Below are positions 63,649 through 64,000 of a DNA stretch of 64,000 bases, piece after piece. This stretch comes from Bdellovibrionota bacterium (GTDB lineage: Bacteria > Bdellovibrionota > UBA1018 > CAIPTA01 > JAALKR01). The stretch lies in NCBI GenBank assembly GCA_965207455.1, contig CBDBMJ010000001.1:1760001-1824000 (forward strand), in the 5' to 3' direction. Within the stretch, counting starts at the first letter, position 1, and each line of letters begins with the position of its first letter. The notes below the pieces were generated by a model. That model saw only the letters and a list, made by a program, of their open reading frames with translations, was not told the origin of the DNA and did no database searches. A program made the translations under genes and the position numbers.

Positions 63649-64000
63649 TCGACCCCCAAACCATCATCCAAATCGCCTTCATCACCTTTGGTTTCATCAT
63701 CGGCAGCTTCCTCAACGTCTGCATCTCCCGCATGCCCAAAGAAAAAAGCGTGGTCTTCCCCCCCAGCGCCTGCATGACTTGCCAAAAAAACATCCCTTGG
63801 TACTGCAACATCCCCATTCTCAGCTACCTCTTCCTCCGCGGCCGCTGCCTCTACTGCAAATCCCGCATCCCCTTCCGCTACCTGCTAGTCGAATGCATCA
63901 CCCCCGCCCTATTCCTCCTCTGCCTGCCCTACCCCTATATCCTCTGGCCCTTTTACGTTTACTTTCTCTCCTCCCTCGTCATTGCCACCTTTATCGACCT
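63645..64000 (+). CDS. pilD: Second pilD copy (runs off window)
   Basis: Appears identical to 59492-59847. Confidence 0.9.
   Translation, partial: MIDPQTIIQIAFITFGFIIGSFLNVCISRMPKEKSVVFPPSACMTCQKNIPWYCNIPILSYLFLRGRCLYCKSRIPFRYLLVECITPALFLLCLPYPYILWPFYVYFLSSLVIATFID

Noticed and set aside
58976..64000. Diversity-generating retroelement TR/VR pair
   Set aside because: No reverse transcriptase; differences are mostly synonymous T/C and G/A transitions rather than A-to-N changes.

Overview
This is an AT-rich bacterial window. The pilA-pilG-pilH-pilI-pilD layout and the pilin sequence suggest a Bdellovibrionota/Myxococcota-like host (inference). A small core block (LTA-synthase-family sulfatase on the minus strand, divergent type IV pilus operon on the plus strand, ~53.9-60.3 kb) is flanked by accessory DNA. 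The left ~54 kb is an anti-phage defence island. It carries Lamassu/ABC-3C, an AbiE antitoxin with a truncated toxin, a TIR/Nmad2/MazG/5-hmdU-kinase-like cluster, a two-cyclase CBASS, a PHP-ATPase, DprA+PRTase, several HEPN/PIN proteins, an SMC-like ATPase, an Avs2-like STAND ATPase split by an IS66, and an IS21. The most striking feature is architectural. Mostly co-oriented cargo genes are separated by about 17 copies of a 70-90 bp repeat, about 8 degenerate copies of the 3' end of the core sulfatase gene, and re-used leader/trailer blocks that hold different genes in the same slot. On the right, cargo sits between duplicated copies of the pilI-3'/pilD end. Repeat copies and the pilG-pilD genes show a patchy, strand-specific C<->T plus A<->G bias. 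No integrase is visible. Together this suggests an undescribed cassette-array/gene-capture system anchored on core-gene 3' ends. All family assignments come from motif recognition by eye, not database searches.
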